Positions 1 to 13,090 are shown, counted from the stretch's first letter. The stretch is DNA of 64,000 nucleotides from Octopus vulgaris (GCA_951406725.2 OX597825.1:11656001-11720000); one strand, 5' to 3'. The notes: generated by a model not told the origin, from the letters alone. Translations and numbers: made by a program.

Positions 1-230
1 TAGATTATAGGTTAATGATATGTTTGTTTAATTCTATGATCTGTAATGTTTGAGAGATAAATTCTTTATATTTCACATCCATAAATAACATTTTCAATAA
101 GGGGCTTAAAGCAAGCGTCTTAGCAGTAACTTTAAAAACACTCGAGAGATATTCCATTCCATGTGTAATAAGGAAAGTAATGGAGGATACTCGGTAACAT
201 CATATGAGCGTTAAAATGTAAAGCTTATAA

Positions 231-697
231 GGCGGCGAGCTGGCCGAAACGTTAGCGCGCCGGGCGAAATGCTTAGCGAAATTTCGCCTGTCTTTATGTT
301 CTGTGTTCGAATTCCGGTATTTTCTCTGCCGTTACGTTCTGAGTTCAAGTTCCGCCGAGGTCGACTTTGCCTTTCATCCTTTCGGGGTCGATTAAATAAG
401 TACCAGTTACGCACTGGTGTCGATATAATCGACTTAATCCGTTTGTCTGTCCTTGTTTGTCCCCTCTGTGTTTAGCCCCTTGTGGGTAGTAAAGAAATAG
501 GTATTTCGTCCGCCGAGGTCGACTTTGCCTTACATCCTTTCGGGGTCGATTAAATAATTAGCAGTTACGCACTGGGGTCGATATAATTGACTTAATCCCT
601 GTGTCTGTCCTTGTTTGTCCCCTCTGTGTTTAGCCCCTTGTGGGCAGTAAAGAAATAGGTATTTCGTCTGCCGTTACGTTCTGAGTTCGAATTCCGT
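231..697 (+). mobile_element. tRNA-derived SINE, family A (GGCGGCGAGCTGG head), with tandemly repeated body
   Basis: A-box-like TGGCCGAAACGTTAG, B-box-like GAGTTCAAGTTCC and central GCCTTTCATCCTTTCGGGGTCGA, which resembles the Meta/MESC-type SINE domain. The body restarts at GGTATTTCGTC near 500 and 659. There are more than 10 related copies in the window. Confidence 0.85.
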
Positions 698-1830
698 CGT
701 TTTGTTTCTAACATTATCGAATGTCTCCTTCGCTTATTTCTAAGGCAATCTGTGAAATTTCAAGGCCGATGTTTTGTACGCATTGTAGCTTTGAAAAGGC
801 ACTCATTGTATAGAAGATTTTGCTGCTTTCCTATATATTTCTATGTGGCTCAATATATATTTGGGGAGCAGGTGTTATGAGCAGACGGATGAAATGTTAC
901 TTGTGACAAACTGCACAACGCTCTCACGTTTCAAGTCGTCAGATTTTAAGAAAACAACAAATCATGTTCGGCCACACGTCTTTATTTCTTATAGCACTGA
1001 ATTATTCTGATATATGTATACAGGTAACTAGAATATCACACGTAAACACCTCAGGATAGGTTTCAAATTTGATATTCAAATGCAAAATGGTGAGTGCAGT
1101 ATTTGAAAGAAAGTTTCTTGCTTCAACCTGCACATGATAAATTACACGTTGTCATTTCCTAATCTTTCTTTTACTCCAAGATGCACATCGTTGAGATTTT
1201 GTAGCTAAGAAGCAATTCAATTTTCTTGAAAACGAAGCTACAGGGACTAAAACTAGCTCTGCCAATGCGAACTTGTCATATATATAAAGTAGCCTTGTCT
1301 CTTTAAATGAAATCACACATATTAAAACTAGGCAATTATTTGCTTTGGGGCTTGCATGCGATCCCCGATGTCGCAGCTTACAAATTTAAAAGCATATGAA
1401 CAGATAGTTGAAAAATAAGAGAAACCATTAGACTTTTAACAATACAGCTATGTTAAACATATTACAGAATCTAAAATCTGAGGGCGATAATGTTGTGGTG
1501 AAAATGTTATGCGTTGATTTGTTCTCGAAGATTAGTTGAACATGCAGAGACTAATAAATCTTTTTCACTATCTTCAAGTATCCCGAAGCACGAATATATA
1601 TTAATCAACTAATAACAATGGAAATCATGACAGTTCATTTATTCTCATATCAGTGCTACTACATACATTCATAGTTACATTGTATTCTAAGAGTCTGTGT
1701 ACTTATACATATACACATAGAAATACACACACACACATACACACGCGCGCACACACACTCACATACAAACACACTACTCACATACAAACACACTCACACA
1801 CACACGCAGACGTACACTCACATGTATATC

Positions 1831-2054
1831 CCTATTTCTTTATTACCCACAAGGGGCTAAACATAGAGGGGACAAACAAGGACAGACATAGGTATTATGT
1901 CGATTACATCGACCCCAGTGCGTAACTGGTACTTAATTTATCGACCCCGAAAGGATGAAAGGCAAAGTCGACCTCGGCAGAATTTCAACTCACAACGTAA
2001 CGGTAGACGAAGTACCGCAAAGCATTTCGCCCGGTGTGCTAACGCTTCTGCTAG
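1831..2054 (-). mobile_element. SINE family A copy
   Basis: Reverse-complement match to 231-500 (TCGACCCCGAAAGGATGAAAGGCAAAGTCGACCTCGGC). Confidence 0.85.
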
Positions 2055-2086
2055 GGTATATATATATATATATATATATGTATATA

Positions 2087-2210
2087 CCCTTTGATGGTCA
2101 CGCATTGTTGCGGTTGAGTGGATCAGCGATCCTGAGAGCGATTCCGTCGGGAGTTCTAAAACTTTGGTAGGGCCACACATGCTGGCAAGGTTGAAGACAA
2201 GGACCCAGCC
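2087..2210 (+). mobile_element. Probable RTE-clade LINE 5' UTR fragment
   Basis: GATCCTGAGAGCGATTCCGTCGGGAGT...GGTAGGGCCACACATGCTGGCAAGGT resembles RTE 5' UTR motifs as I recall them; not verified by search. Confidence 0.4.
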
Positions 2211-2461
2211 TTAGAGCAACCAACCTGCCAAGACCCCAAAGTTGCACCATGCAGATGATGATTACAGCATATCTTAAGCGTGAAGAGGGCTACGCATGAC
2301 GTACATACTACTGAACGCGTCACTCGCAACTATAACCGGGTCAGTGGCAGTCCGTTGCCGTTTCATAACTGCATCCTCCATGTCTCATTGGAAATGTGTC
2401 GCTGAGAAACGTCATATAATCAAGTGCATGGGTCACTTCCTGACAAGTTGAGGTGAACCTC

Positions 2462-2503
<42 letters not shown>

Positions 2504-2654
2504 CATAATCATAATCATAATCATAATGATAGTAATAATAATAATAGCTTCGTATATTTTACCCCAGTGTCACTTTGATGGCATGAACTGCTCTTTCACT
2601 CAATAATAATAATAATAATGATAATAATGATATTTGCTCAGTTTCTGGTAGGTC

Positions 2655-3109
2655 TTGACAGATACGTTTATGTCCCAATGGGACATAAACGTATCTGTCA
2701 AGACCTACCAGAAACTGAGCATATATAAAGATCTGGAAATAGAAATCAGCAAAATGTGGAACATGAAGACTAAAACAATACCTGTTGTCATAGGTGCCCT
2801 GGGAATGATAGCAAAAGGGGCTGATTGCTACCTAGCTCAGATACCAGGAAACCCCCAAATGGCAGAAATTCAAAAGATAGTGCTCATGGGAACTGCTCAA
2901 AATTCTTTCTTTGTAATCTCAAGTTTTAAAACAAACACATAATTTTCGTATGGTTTTTTAGGCATTCACTAGTACAACACTAAGTACAAAACCAAATATA
3001 TGGCACCCTAGGCATAACACCAGCATGAACTTCCAACTTGTTGTCTTTTGAGGTCTCTGGGTGAGACTTGGAGCCAACTTGTGCAAATGTAAAGCAAAAG
3101 TCAAACATA

Positions 3110-3110
<1 letters not shown>
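2655..3110 (+). mobile_element. R4/Dong-like non-LTR retrotransposon 3' fragment (restriction-like endonuclease C-terminus plus 3' UTR)
   Basis: Translation KLSIYKDLEIEISKMWNMKTKTIPVVIGALGMI...IQKIVLMGTA matches the K..KY..L..E...W......P.V.GALG motif of RLE-type elements. (AAT)n flanks both sides. Confidence 0.85.
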
Positions 3111-3173
<63 letters not shown>

Positions 3174-3185
3174 TAATAATAATAA

Positions 3186-3673
3186 AGGTCACAGAAACCG
3201 AGAAAGCAGCCATACTCTGGGATATGCCGATACACACAGATAGAGAAATTAAGGCCAACAGACCAGATATAGTTGTCAGAGATCATGAAGAAAAAAATGC
3301 TTTCTAATTGATGTATCAATACCGGCAGATGACAACGTTTCTCAAAAAGAAATGGAGAAACTTTCAAAATACAAAGATCTGGAAATAGAGGTAACCAGAA
3401 TGTGGAATCTGAAAACAGAAACAATTCCTATCATAGTAGGTGCATTAGGCATGATAAAAAAATATTCAGACAAATACATAACAAAAACACCAGGACTTAC
3501 AAACACATATAACATACAGAAAATTGCACTACTATGCACTGCACACATCCTACGCAGAACACTTTCCATACAATAACCATCAGAGTATCACAACAAATCA
3601 CAGCACATACCCAAGGCACACAGAGCTGCGCTCGGTAGTGAAGTGAAAGCACGCTATAAAAATAAAACTACTG
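3186..3673 (+). mobile_element. R4/Dong-like non-LTR retrotransposon, 5'-truncated (RLE domain plus 3' UTR)
   Basis: Translates as ILWDMPIHTDREIKANRPDIVVRD...CFLIDVSIPADDNVSQKEMEKLSKYKDLEIEVTRMW...GALG, the PD-(D/E)xK RLE motif, with a frameshift. Inserted in (AAT)n. Confidence 0.9.
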
Positions 3674-3719
3674 AATAATAATAATAATAATATTTTAAAA
3701 AAGGATTGACGTAACTTTT

Positions 3720-4475
3720 CACAAAGGTCAAGACGAAGAGTGTGATTCGATTGTAAGATATTTTATTAGTTGAACGATATATCAACAGTACGTCTGTCTT
3801 TGTCAAGTTCAAAATAAGAAGTCATAAAAATTCAAAATTACAGAAATTTAAATGTAAAATATGAACGAGAGCAACCGGCGTCCGCACGTTGATGGAATGA
3901 CATCATCAGTGTTTAAGTTACAATTTTATAACGGGCGAAAAGAAAAAGACAGAAAAAAAACCCAGAAAAAAGAAGATGACAGAAAAAAGGAAAGAAAAAG
4001 AGTGAAATAGAAATACTTAAACCGCTGTGTATAAATTTGATGATATTCTCCTGTCATCTTATTCATTCCTCCAGGGCGTGATGTTAATAACCCGCAAACA
4101 TATTTCTCCTCATACATTCTGAGAAGTGAAAGAGAAGCAGATTCAGAATATTTTCTGAGAATATGCACTTTCAAGTCATCTTCAAAATTGCAACTGCTTG
4201 AAACGAAATGTTCAGCAAGTTCTGTCGAACAACTGTTATTGTGCCTGATGTCGAATCTGTGCCCATTAAACCTTTTGCTTAATTGTTCTGTTGTGCAACC
4301 AACATAAATTCAGTTGTGTTTCGTGCATTCTCCGGCGTACACCAAATGGGAATCTTTACATGTTCCCCCTTCTGTATAAATCATAACATTTCTGTTATGA
4401 TTTCTGATGGAATTCACTTCAGTCATGTTATTGCACAATGAACAGGGCTTACCTATCTTGTGGCTGTTCTTTAAG
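3720..4475 (-). mobile_element. Penelope-like element 3' fragment: GIY-YIG endonuclease pseudogene plus 3' UTR
   Basis: Minus strand reads KPCSLCNNM...GGTCKDSHLVYAGECTKHN / IYVGCTTEQLSKRFNGHRFDI...LAEHF...EEKYVCGLLTSRPGGMN, a GIY-YIG-type signature with one frameshift. Confidence 0.85.
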
Positions 4476-4876
4476 AAAACGGACATTGGAGTATCTACAC
4501 GCTGTACCTTAAAGAACAGCCGCAAGAGCGGTAAGCCCTGTTCATTGTGAAATAACATGAATTCCACGGTAGTGTTGGGTGGAATTAGGTCAGATAGCGA
4601 TATCAATGTGGATGTTGTTTGTTACTGGCTAGCGGGCGGGTCGTTGAAGTGACCCCTGACTTGTTAGAGTTGGGTCAGTTGGTGCACTACATCCATTGAC
4701 AGGTATGTCTTCTAGAGTTGCTATGTACGTGTGTAAAGTATGAAATGATCTTGCGATTTCTGTTTTACAGATCTGTAAAAGGATCGATACACACACACAC
4801 ACACACACACGCGCACATATATATATATATATATGGTTAGATATATATATACATATATATATTTATATACATATAT

Positions 4877-4932
<56 letters not shown>

Positions 4933-5235
4933 ACAGTTTAGAGAAAAAAACCTCTATTAAGCCATTCAATATTGAATGACTTTCACACCATATAGAAAAA
5001 GCTAAATATACTATAAAAATCATTACTCTAAAAATCTATAGAGTACATAAACAACAAATAGTAAATAGACTACGCGCGTTTTATTATATATATATATATG
5101 TATATACGACAGTTTCTCTCTACCAAATCCGGCTTAGGTCGGCGTGAGGCTGTAGCAGAAGACATTCAGCCAAGGTGCCACTCAGTGGGACTGAACCCAG
5201 ACAAATGTGGTTGGGAAATTCTTATCACAGAACCA

Positions 5236-5292
<57 letters not shown>

Positions 5293-6015
5293 TTGTATGT
5301 AAGCATGTATGTATTTATGTATGTATGTATATGTGTACGTGTGTATACGTGTATGTGCTTGTGTATTCATTAAAACTTAGTTTGATAGATATTTTTGTAT
5401 GGTGAGTTTAAAGGTTAGCTCTTAAAATTGTTAAAATTATTATCTGCGATTTCATAATGTGTGTGTGTGTGTGTGTGCGTGTGTCCGTGTGTATGTATTG
5501 CTGCGTGTATTTTTATATCTCACAAACGTTCAACTTCTTTTATAAATCTTAAATAAAAAGGCGCATAACGCTTATTTACTGTAACACATAATGCAAAAAC
5601 TCTTCCAAATCACAGCTCTATTCCTTCCTGGAAGAAATATCTCTATGCACTTATATAAACTATGCCATATTCATTTTCTCTTAGTAATTAAAAGTACACG
5701 CAATCGTTATGGTGCGGTGTCATAGAAATATGCGCTAAAACATTATCTTTCACTGTTTGACGCACATAGATTTTCACCTGTTCATTAAAAGGCACCAAGA
5801 GTGTAGCTAGATTCCAAAATCTTCACATGATAACACGAAGAAGAATTCACAAAAGCTCATAGAAGTTAAATGGTACATATTTTGTCACAATTTTACGGCT
5901 AAAAACAGAATTTATTTCCGTTTTCCCAGCAACTGAATTTTATTGAAGAGAGTGATTATAGCTAAGCTGTTGCTTTCTTTACAAAAATGTAATAATATAA
6001 AATAAAATTTTAAAA

Positions 6016-6349
<334 letters not shown>

Positions 6350-6904
6350 TTTGGTATTGCATCGAATGCTGAGCGATTACTTGGAAAAACTATGGCGAAG
6401 TGGAGGACGGAAATGTTAGCATATGGAAAAAGTTTAGGAATAATAGAAATCAGGAGAGGCATCTTCCAAGAGGACTGCCTTTGTACTGTGCATGATACCA
6501 AGGGGACTGATCTTTGTACTGTGCATGGAACCACTAACAATGATTCTGAGGAAAGCAAAGGCTGGCTATGTATTCAAAAGCCGCCAACAAAAAGTCAACC
6601 ACTTGTTATTCATGGTTGACCTCAAACTTTATGGTAAAAATAAATCCCAAGTCACTTCCTTCGTTGATATGGTGTATACTTTCATTGCTGATGTTAGAAT
6701 GGATTTCGGACTGAAAAAGAAGTGTGGTGTGTTAGACTTGAAGAGAGGCAACATTAAAGGTATGGACGGGCTAGAGATACCGTCGGGGGGTGGGGGGTTA
6801 TGAAACAAATAGAAGAGTCAGGCTATAAGTACTTGAAGATTTTGGAAATGGATAAATTGGTGAAGAAAGAAATGCCAGAAAAAATTAAGGTGGAGTATTC
6901 GCGC

Positions 6905-6905
<1 letters not shown>
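6350..6905 (+). mobile_element. R4/Dong-like reverse transcriptase fragment (decayed)
   Basis: IRRGIFQEDCL...FVLCMEPLTMILRK...VNHLLFMVDLKLYGK...MDFGLKKC...YKYL corresponds to RT motifs GIFQGD.LSP and HLLFMDDLKLY with the catalytic D mutated. Frameshifted and flanked by (AAT)n. Confidence 0.88.
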
Positions 6906-6965
<60 letters not shown>

Positions 6966-6973
6966 TAATAACG

Positions 6974-7025
<52 letters not shown>

Positions 7026-7028
7026 TAA

Positions 7029-7290
7029 AAAACAGAAACAATTCCTATCATAGTAGGTGCATTAGGCATGATAAAAAAATATTCAGACAAATACATAACA
7101 AAAACACCAGGACTTACAAACACATATAACATACAGAAAATTGCACTACTAGGCACTGCACACATCCTACGCAGAACACTTTCCATACAATAACCATCAG
7201 ACCATCACAACAAATCACAGCACATACCCAAGGCACACAGAGCTGCGCTCGGTAGTGAAGTGAAAGCACGCTATAAAAATAAAACTACTG
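7029..7290 (+). mobile_element. R4/Dong-like 3' end, near-identical to 3413-3673
   Basis: Direct match including the terminus AAAATAAAACTACTG. Embedded in (AAT)n. Confidence 0.9.
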
Positions 7291-7299
7291 AATGATAAT

Positions 7300-7405
<106 letters not shown>

Positions 7406-7469
7406 GTGGTGATAATGATGATGGTGATGATGATGATGATGACGACGATGACGACGACGATAAATCTAT

Positions 7470-7660
7470 CGAGCTGGCAGAATCGTTAGTACACCGGACA
7501 AAATGCGCCTAGCAAAATTTCGTCCGTCTTTACGTTCTGAGTTCAAATTCCACCGAGGTCCACTTGCTTTTCATTCCTTTCGGGCTTCGATAAGATAAGT
7601 ACCAGTTGAATACTACTGTTGTTGGGATCGACTTAAACACTTTCCCGGAGTTGCTGGCCT
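7470..7660 (+). mobile_element. SINE family A copy (diverged)
   Basis: GAGCTGGCAGAATCGTTAG head and CTGAGTTCAAATTCC B-box. Confidence 0.75.
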
Positions 7661-7739
7661 TTTTCATTTTGTACGATAGACATTTACATGTAATTAAATG
7701 TTTCAAAAGAAATTTAAACTGCCTACGTCATAACTGTAT

Positions 7740-7967
7740 ACCTACCTTTGAGCCACCTTGTATATTTCTACCCGGACAGGACGCCGGGCCTTTGCAGGAT
7801 TACATATACACATTTCTGATACCTCAGTGGACAAGAGCAACGTGAAATGATTTTGTTTAAGAGCACGGTACATCACCCTGTCCAGGAATCGAAACCGCAA
7901 AATTTGCGATTATAAGTCGAACATTCTAACCACTTGTCCATTCTAACCACTTGTCCATTCTAACCAC
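7740..7967 (-). mobile_element. SINE family C variant (diverged)
   Basis: Matches 9703-9941 (GAGCAACGTGAAATGA...TCCAGGAATCGAAACC). Confidence 0.65.
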
Positions 7968-8073
7968 ACTTTCTCGTCATTGAAGAAAGATTAATGTCAA
8001 TACCGTCAGTTCTCATCATTCTATTTCGACTTCTTCCTGTCTTCCTTTTGCTTTTCATCCTTGGAAAGTGGTG

Positions 8074-8554
8074 ACCATCACCACCACCACCACCACCACC
8101 ACCATAGCTGCCATCACAACGACGACTACCGCCATCATCGTCCACACCATCGCCGTCACTAACATCATACTGGCCATCGTAATATTTCTAATCATTCTCA
8201 TTAATGCTAACATTATCATCAACATTACTTTCATCATCATCGTCGTCATCGTCGTCGTCGTCGACTTCAGCCTCCTCGTCCTCATCTTCATCCTCATCAA
8301 CATCATCATCATCAACATCGTCTTCATCATCATCATCATCATCATCATCAACATCATCATCATCCTCACGATCGTCATTATCATCCTCATGAACATCAGC
8401 ATCATCATCATCATCCTCATCAACATCATCATCATCATCTTCATCATCATCCTCATCAACATCATCATCATCATCTTCATCATCATCATCACCACTGCCA
8501 CCGCCGCCGCCGCCGCCACCACCACCATCACCACCAACACCACCACCTACCACC

Positions 8555-8588
<34 letters not shown>

Positions 8589-8592
8589 CCAC

Positions 8593-8640
<48 letters not shown>
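8074..8640. repeat. Imperfect (CAT)n/(CAC)n trinucleotide array
   Basis: Seen directly. It produces the poly-His, poly-Asp and poly-Met pseudo-ORFs. Confidence 0.95.
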
Positions 8641-8642
<2 letters not shown>

Positions 8643-9392
8643 CACTGTTAGCCTTTAATAACCAGCGAAGAAGCCGACAATTTATATATATACTCCATAC
8701 AGAAATTTTCTAGAACAATATCGTTTATTGATTGACGACAGAACGTATATTTCTTTCGATAAAATTTTTTTTCCTAAGATGTCAACTTACTTCTTGAAGA
8801 AGATTCTCAGATTTGTTTCATAATTATCAGTATTAAAACAATGAATACTATACGCGTTAGCGTATATTATGTTGCTACTGTTAATACGATCATAGCAATA
8901 GCGACAACAAAGACGGCAATCATATACACAACAGTATATACAATACAACAAGTACTGCACCAATAATGAAATGCAGAATAGAGGAACAAAAGAATATGTA
9001 TTACAAGAATATCAAAAGCTTTAAAAGTCAACGAAAGCAACAACAAAAAAAAAGCCAACAATATAAACAGTAATAATAGCTGTGAACAGCAACGAGACAA
9101 AACAATCGAGACGGCAATATGTGGTTTGTAGACGTCAAAAGAAAATAATTTATGAAGAAACGAAGAGCAGGGAAGATGACAAACAGCAACAACAAAAGGA
9201 AGATAATATATACAGAAGATGAAACAACAACATTAGCAAGCGTCAAGGGAGGAAGATTATATAGTTTCATTCAGTGGTGGACTGGGTTTAAAAATATTGG
9301 TTACCAGGGAGCTAATGGGGCCCACCTGCAACTACAAGGGGCGGAGGGCACCCGCATCTACAAGGGGGGCCCAGCCACTATTATAATAAAAC

Positions 9393-9941
9393 GTCGCCCT
9401 GTTCAAGCCTAGCCAGGCTCATGGGCCCGGTTTCCCGGTTTTTGTGGCGTATGTGTTCCCCCCAGCTGGACGGGACGCCAGTCCATCGCAGCGTTACTCA
9501 AGAAACAGGAAGAGAGAGAGAGTGATAGAAAGTTGGGGCGAAAGAGTACAACAGGGGTTGCCACCACCCCTGCCAGAACCTCGTGGAGCTTTTAGGTTTT
9601 TTCGCTCAATAAACACACACAACGTCCGGCCTGGGAATCGAAACCACGGTCCTCCAACCGCGAGTCAGCTTCCCTAACCACTGGGCCATTGCGACTCCAC
9701 ATGCTCCCTTTTTAAAGCCAAGCCAGGCTCATGGGGCTGGCTTCCTAGTTTCCATGGCGTATATGTTCCCCAGCTTGACGGGACGCAAGTCCATCGCAAA
9801 TTTACTCATTTTTGCCAGCTGAGTGGACTGGAACAACGTGAAATGAAGTGTTTTGCTCAAGAAAACAACGCGTCGCCCGGTCCAGGAATCGAAACCACAA
9901 CCTTACGATCATGATGTTGACACCCTAACCACTAAGCCACC
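9393..9941 (-). mobile_element. Two adjacent SINE family C copies (tRNA-like head)
   Basis: Minus-strand head GTGGAGTCGCAATGGCCCAGTGGTTAGGG...GGTTTCGATTCCC at 9701. A second, variant copy spans 9703-9941. Confidence 0.85.
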
Positions 9942-10389
9942 CCGCAATCATAATGCTATCTTTTAATTTCTTTCTTTCTTTTGTTAAAGTATTCTTTTCA
10001 ACTGTCTACAAACACAGCCAAGCTTAAATAATGCATTCTTCCAGGGGGGAATAAAAAATTTCAAACTTGAATAGATGGGCCCCTTAGATACTAACATAGG
10101 ATTTATGGATTCTAATGGCGCAGTGGCCCGCATGCCATCGAGAAAGCTGGTAACCTGACTAGTCCACTGCTGAAATAGCACCTTGATGGTGGTGGTGGGG
10201 ATGATGATAGTGGTGATGGTGGTGGTGATGAAGGTGATGGTGGTCGTGATGATGATGATGATGGTGGTGATGGTGGTGAGGATGATGATGATGATGGTGC
10301 TATTTCAGTTACTAGAAATAGCACCCAAACTCCCCTCAAATCACGTGGTACTCCGAATGATGTAGTTCGTATTTATAGTTTTCTATTAC

Positions 10390-10600
10390 ATGCCGAATTT
10401 CTCAGATACAGTCTTGCAATTCGAAACACCTCAAGCGCTTGGTCCTCACACCGCAGAACATTGGTAAACTTCTTCCTTTCTGCTTCTCCACTACCTAAAT
10501 ATATCTGTCTCCCAGCTTCCCCTCTAGCTACTTGAGATAGTTCTCTGTAACCGCCATTCCTCCAGTCCTTCCAGGCTTGTTTCTTCCGCAAACAGACTGA
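10390..10600 (-). mobile_element. RTE-like LINE ORF fragment (endonuclease-RT linker)
   Basis: KKQAWKDWRNGGYRELSQVARGEAGRQIYLG..EAERKKF...EVFRIAR resembles the RTE linker consensus (KK.AWK.WK.GG..E.Y..A.R.A.R...VFRIAKQ). Confidence 0.6.
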
Positions 10601-10704
10601 ATGGGGAATCGTTGCGCATCTTTAATGAAAGATCTGCTGCTAGTTAAGAAAAAAATACACAGGTAACGAAGCTGCAATAAATATTTCAACGACAACATTA
10701 TTAT

Positions 10705-11445
10705 CTTTCATCGTTTACAGGCTTCAGCCACTGGATTGTGGCTATGCTGGGGCACCGCGCTGAACTGTTTAGTGGAACAAATCGAATCCACTACGCAGTG
10801 TTTTATTTCATTCTTATATCTGATATTTATTCTGTCGGTATTTTTTGCCAAACTGTTAACTTATAAGGAAGCAAACAAACCAACACAGATTGTCAAGCGG
10901 TGCGCGCGGACAAACACAAAGACACACACAAGCACGCGTGCGCACGTACACACACACACATATGTCTTTCATACAGTTTTCATTAATTCTCTAGAAAAGT
11001 ATTGGACAAACCAGGATTATATTCTTTTCTTTTTTTTTTACTTGTTTCAGTCATTTGACTGTGGCCATGATGGAGCACCGCCTTTAGTCGAGCAAATCGA
11101 CCCCAGGACTTATTCTTTGTAAGCCTAGTACTTATTCTATCGGTCTCTTAGGCCGAACCGCTGAGTTACGGGGACGTAAACACACCAGCATCGGTTGTCA
11201 AGCGATGTTGGGAGGACAAACACAGACACACAAACATATACACACGCGTACATATATACACACATATATATATACATATATACGACAGGCTTCTTTCAGT
11301 TTCCGTCAACCAAATCCACTCACAAGGCTTTGGTCGGCCCGCGGCTGTAGTAGAAGATACTTGCCCAAGGTGCCACGCAGTGGGACTGAACCCGGAACCA
11401 TGTGGTTCGTAAGGAAGCTGCTTACCACACAGCCACTCCTGCGCC
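10705..11445 (-). mobile_element. SINE family B (CORE-like): one degenerate copy and one full copy (11039-11445)
   Basis: Minus-strand head GGCGCAGGAGTGGCTGTGTGGTAAG...GGTTCAGTCCC, CORE-like CACCTTGGGCAAGT and an internal TA/TG microsatellite. Confidence 0.85.
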
Positions 11446-12106
11446 TATGATAAGAAGATCACTGCCCAAAGCGATACGCAGTGAGACTGAACGCAAAAGA
11501 ACGCGTGGCACATGCATGCTGTGAAGCATAAACCGCTATAACGAAGGCTATTACCTAACATAGAGACACTACAAAACACTATACTCGGCTACAGAAACAT
11601 TACAGGAGATTATAGACTATCTTAGAAACGCTTTTGAGAAGTATACATTATTGTAAAGACAATAGCGTCTAGCCGGGCAGGCTAGACTCTATTGTTGAGA
11701 CGCTGCTGAATAATGTCGACTTTTCTTGATAATAACACACTATGGGGAATGTTCAACATTATTGTCAGTTACAAAAGCGCTACTGATAATTGTTGACTGC
11801 TACAAAGATAACACTTACGCTGAGTAAAGTTTGTTGTTGAGGTATTACTGAGAATTATCGTCTACTTATAATACACAACTGCTGTCTAAAAACTATTCAA
11901 GATGTATTACTCAGGTATTACTATAGCTTACTAATAATGTACTAACTGAATGATATAGACCATTGTACTAGTTCTACTAAAGACTATATTCCTCAGTGGT
12001 ACCTCCGAAATTGTCTATACTCTGTACTGAATTCATAATACATCAATGCATTCAATAGTATATTTATAATGGTTTTAGTCCACTGTAGAGTATTTACACT
12101 TATATA

Positions 12107-12337
12107 TATTTCTTTACTACCCACAAGGGGCTAAACACAGAGGGGACAAACAAGGACAAACAAACGGATTAAGTCGATTGTATCGACCCCAGTGCGTAAC
12201 TGGTACTTATTTAATCGACCCCGAAAGGATGAAAGGCAAAGTCGACCTCGGCGGAAATTGAACTCAGAACGTAGCGGCAGACGAAATACCGCTAAGAACT
12301 TCGTCCGGCGTGCTAACGGTTCTGCCAGCTCACCGCC
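12107..12337 (-). mobile_element. SINE family A copy
   Basis: Full reverse-complement match to 231-500. Confidence 0.88.
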
Positions 12338-12711
12338 TATGTACACTTATATAGTCTTCAGAATTACCTCTATACTACTGTTTTGTTTTCAGCATTACCT
12401 CAATAATAGTCTATACCATTCGCTATTATCTGTATGATTCCAAGACTAGGGACTAAAGTACTACTGAGGATCAAACACTCAGGACAACACTATTCTACTA
12501 TGGGGAGACTATCGAATATATTGCTGCACAATATAGCCAACTTTATAGCACTACTGGATTTTATAGACTACTACAGAGACACTACTGATATGTATAGGGT
12601 AGTGTAGAGGTAGAGCTATAGACTAACGTGCAAGTACTACTGAACTATGTAGACAATTGCAGAAAGACTACTGGCTATTATAGATTATGGTAGAAACATT
12701 ATTGAGAACTC

Positions 12712-13090
12712 GTGGCACTCCGTCGGTTACGACGACGAAGTTGATCCGATCAAGTGAACAGCCTGCTAGTGAAATTAACGTGCAAGTGGCTGAGTATTCC
12801 ACAGACACGTGAACCCTTAACGTAGTTCTCGGGGAGAATCAGCGTGACACAGAGTGTGATAAGGCTGTCCCTTCGAAATACAGGTACAACAGAAATAGGA
12901 AGAAAGAGTGAGAGGAAGTTGTAGTGAGTGAGTATAGCAAGGTTAGCCATTCCCTCCCCCTGCCGGAGCCTCGTAGAGATTTAAGTATTTTCGCTCAGTA
13001 AACACTTACAACGCCTGGTCTGGGAATCGAAACCGCGATCCTACGACCGCGAATCCGCTGCCCTAACTACTGGGCCATTGCGCCTCCACA
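12712..13090 (-). mobile_element. SINE family C copy
   Basis: Head GTGGAGGCGCAATGGCCCAGTAGTTAGGG at 13090 and tail CGTCGTAACCGACGGAGTGCCAC. Confidence 0.85.

Noticed and set aside
211-475. Recurrent ORF RNWYLFNRPRKDERQSRPRR / SEFKFRRGRLCLSSFRGR
   Set aside because: Chance translation of SINE family A. It recurs only because the SINE does.
3772-3910. Possible hammerhead in the Penelope 3' UTR (CTGATGA near 3905; CTTGACAAAG ACAG..CTGT TGATA near 3800)
   Set aside because: No complete core with matching stems could be built.
5066-5086. Minus-strand AAAACGCGCGTAGTC resembling the 3' half of a hammerhead with palindromic stem III
   Set aside because: There is no CUGANGA half, which is cut off by (TA)n, and G12 is absent.
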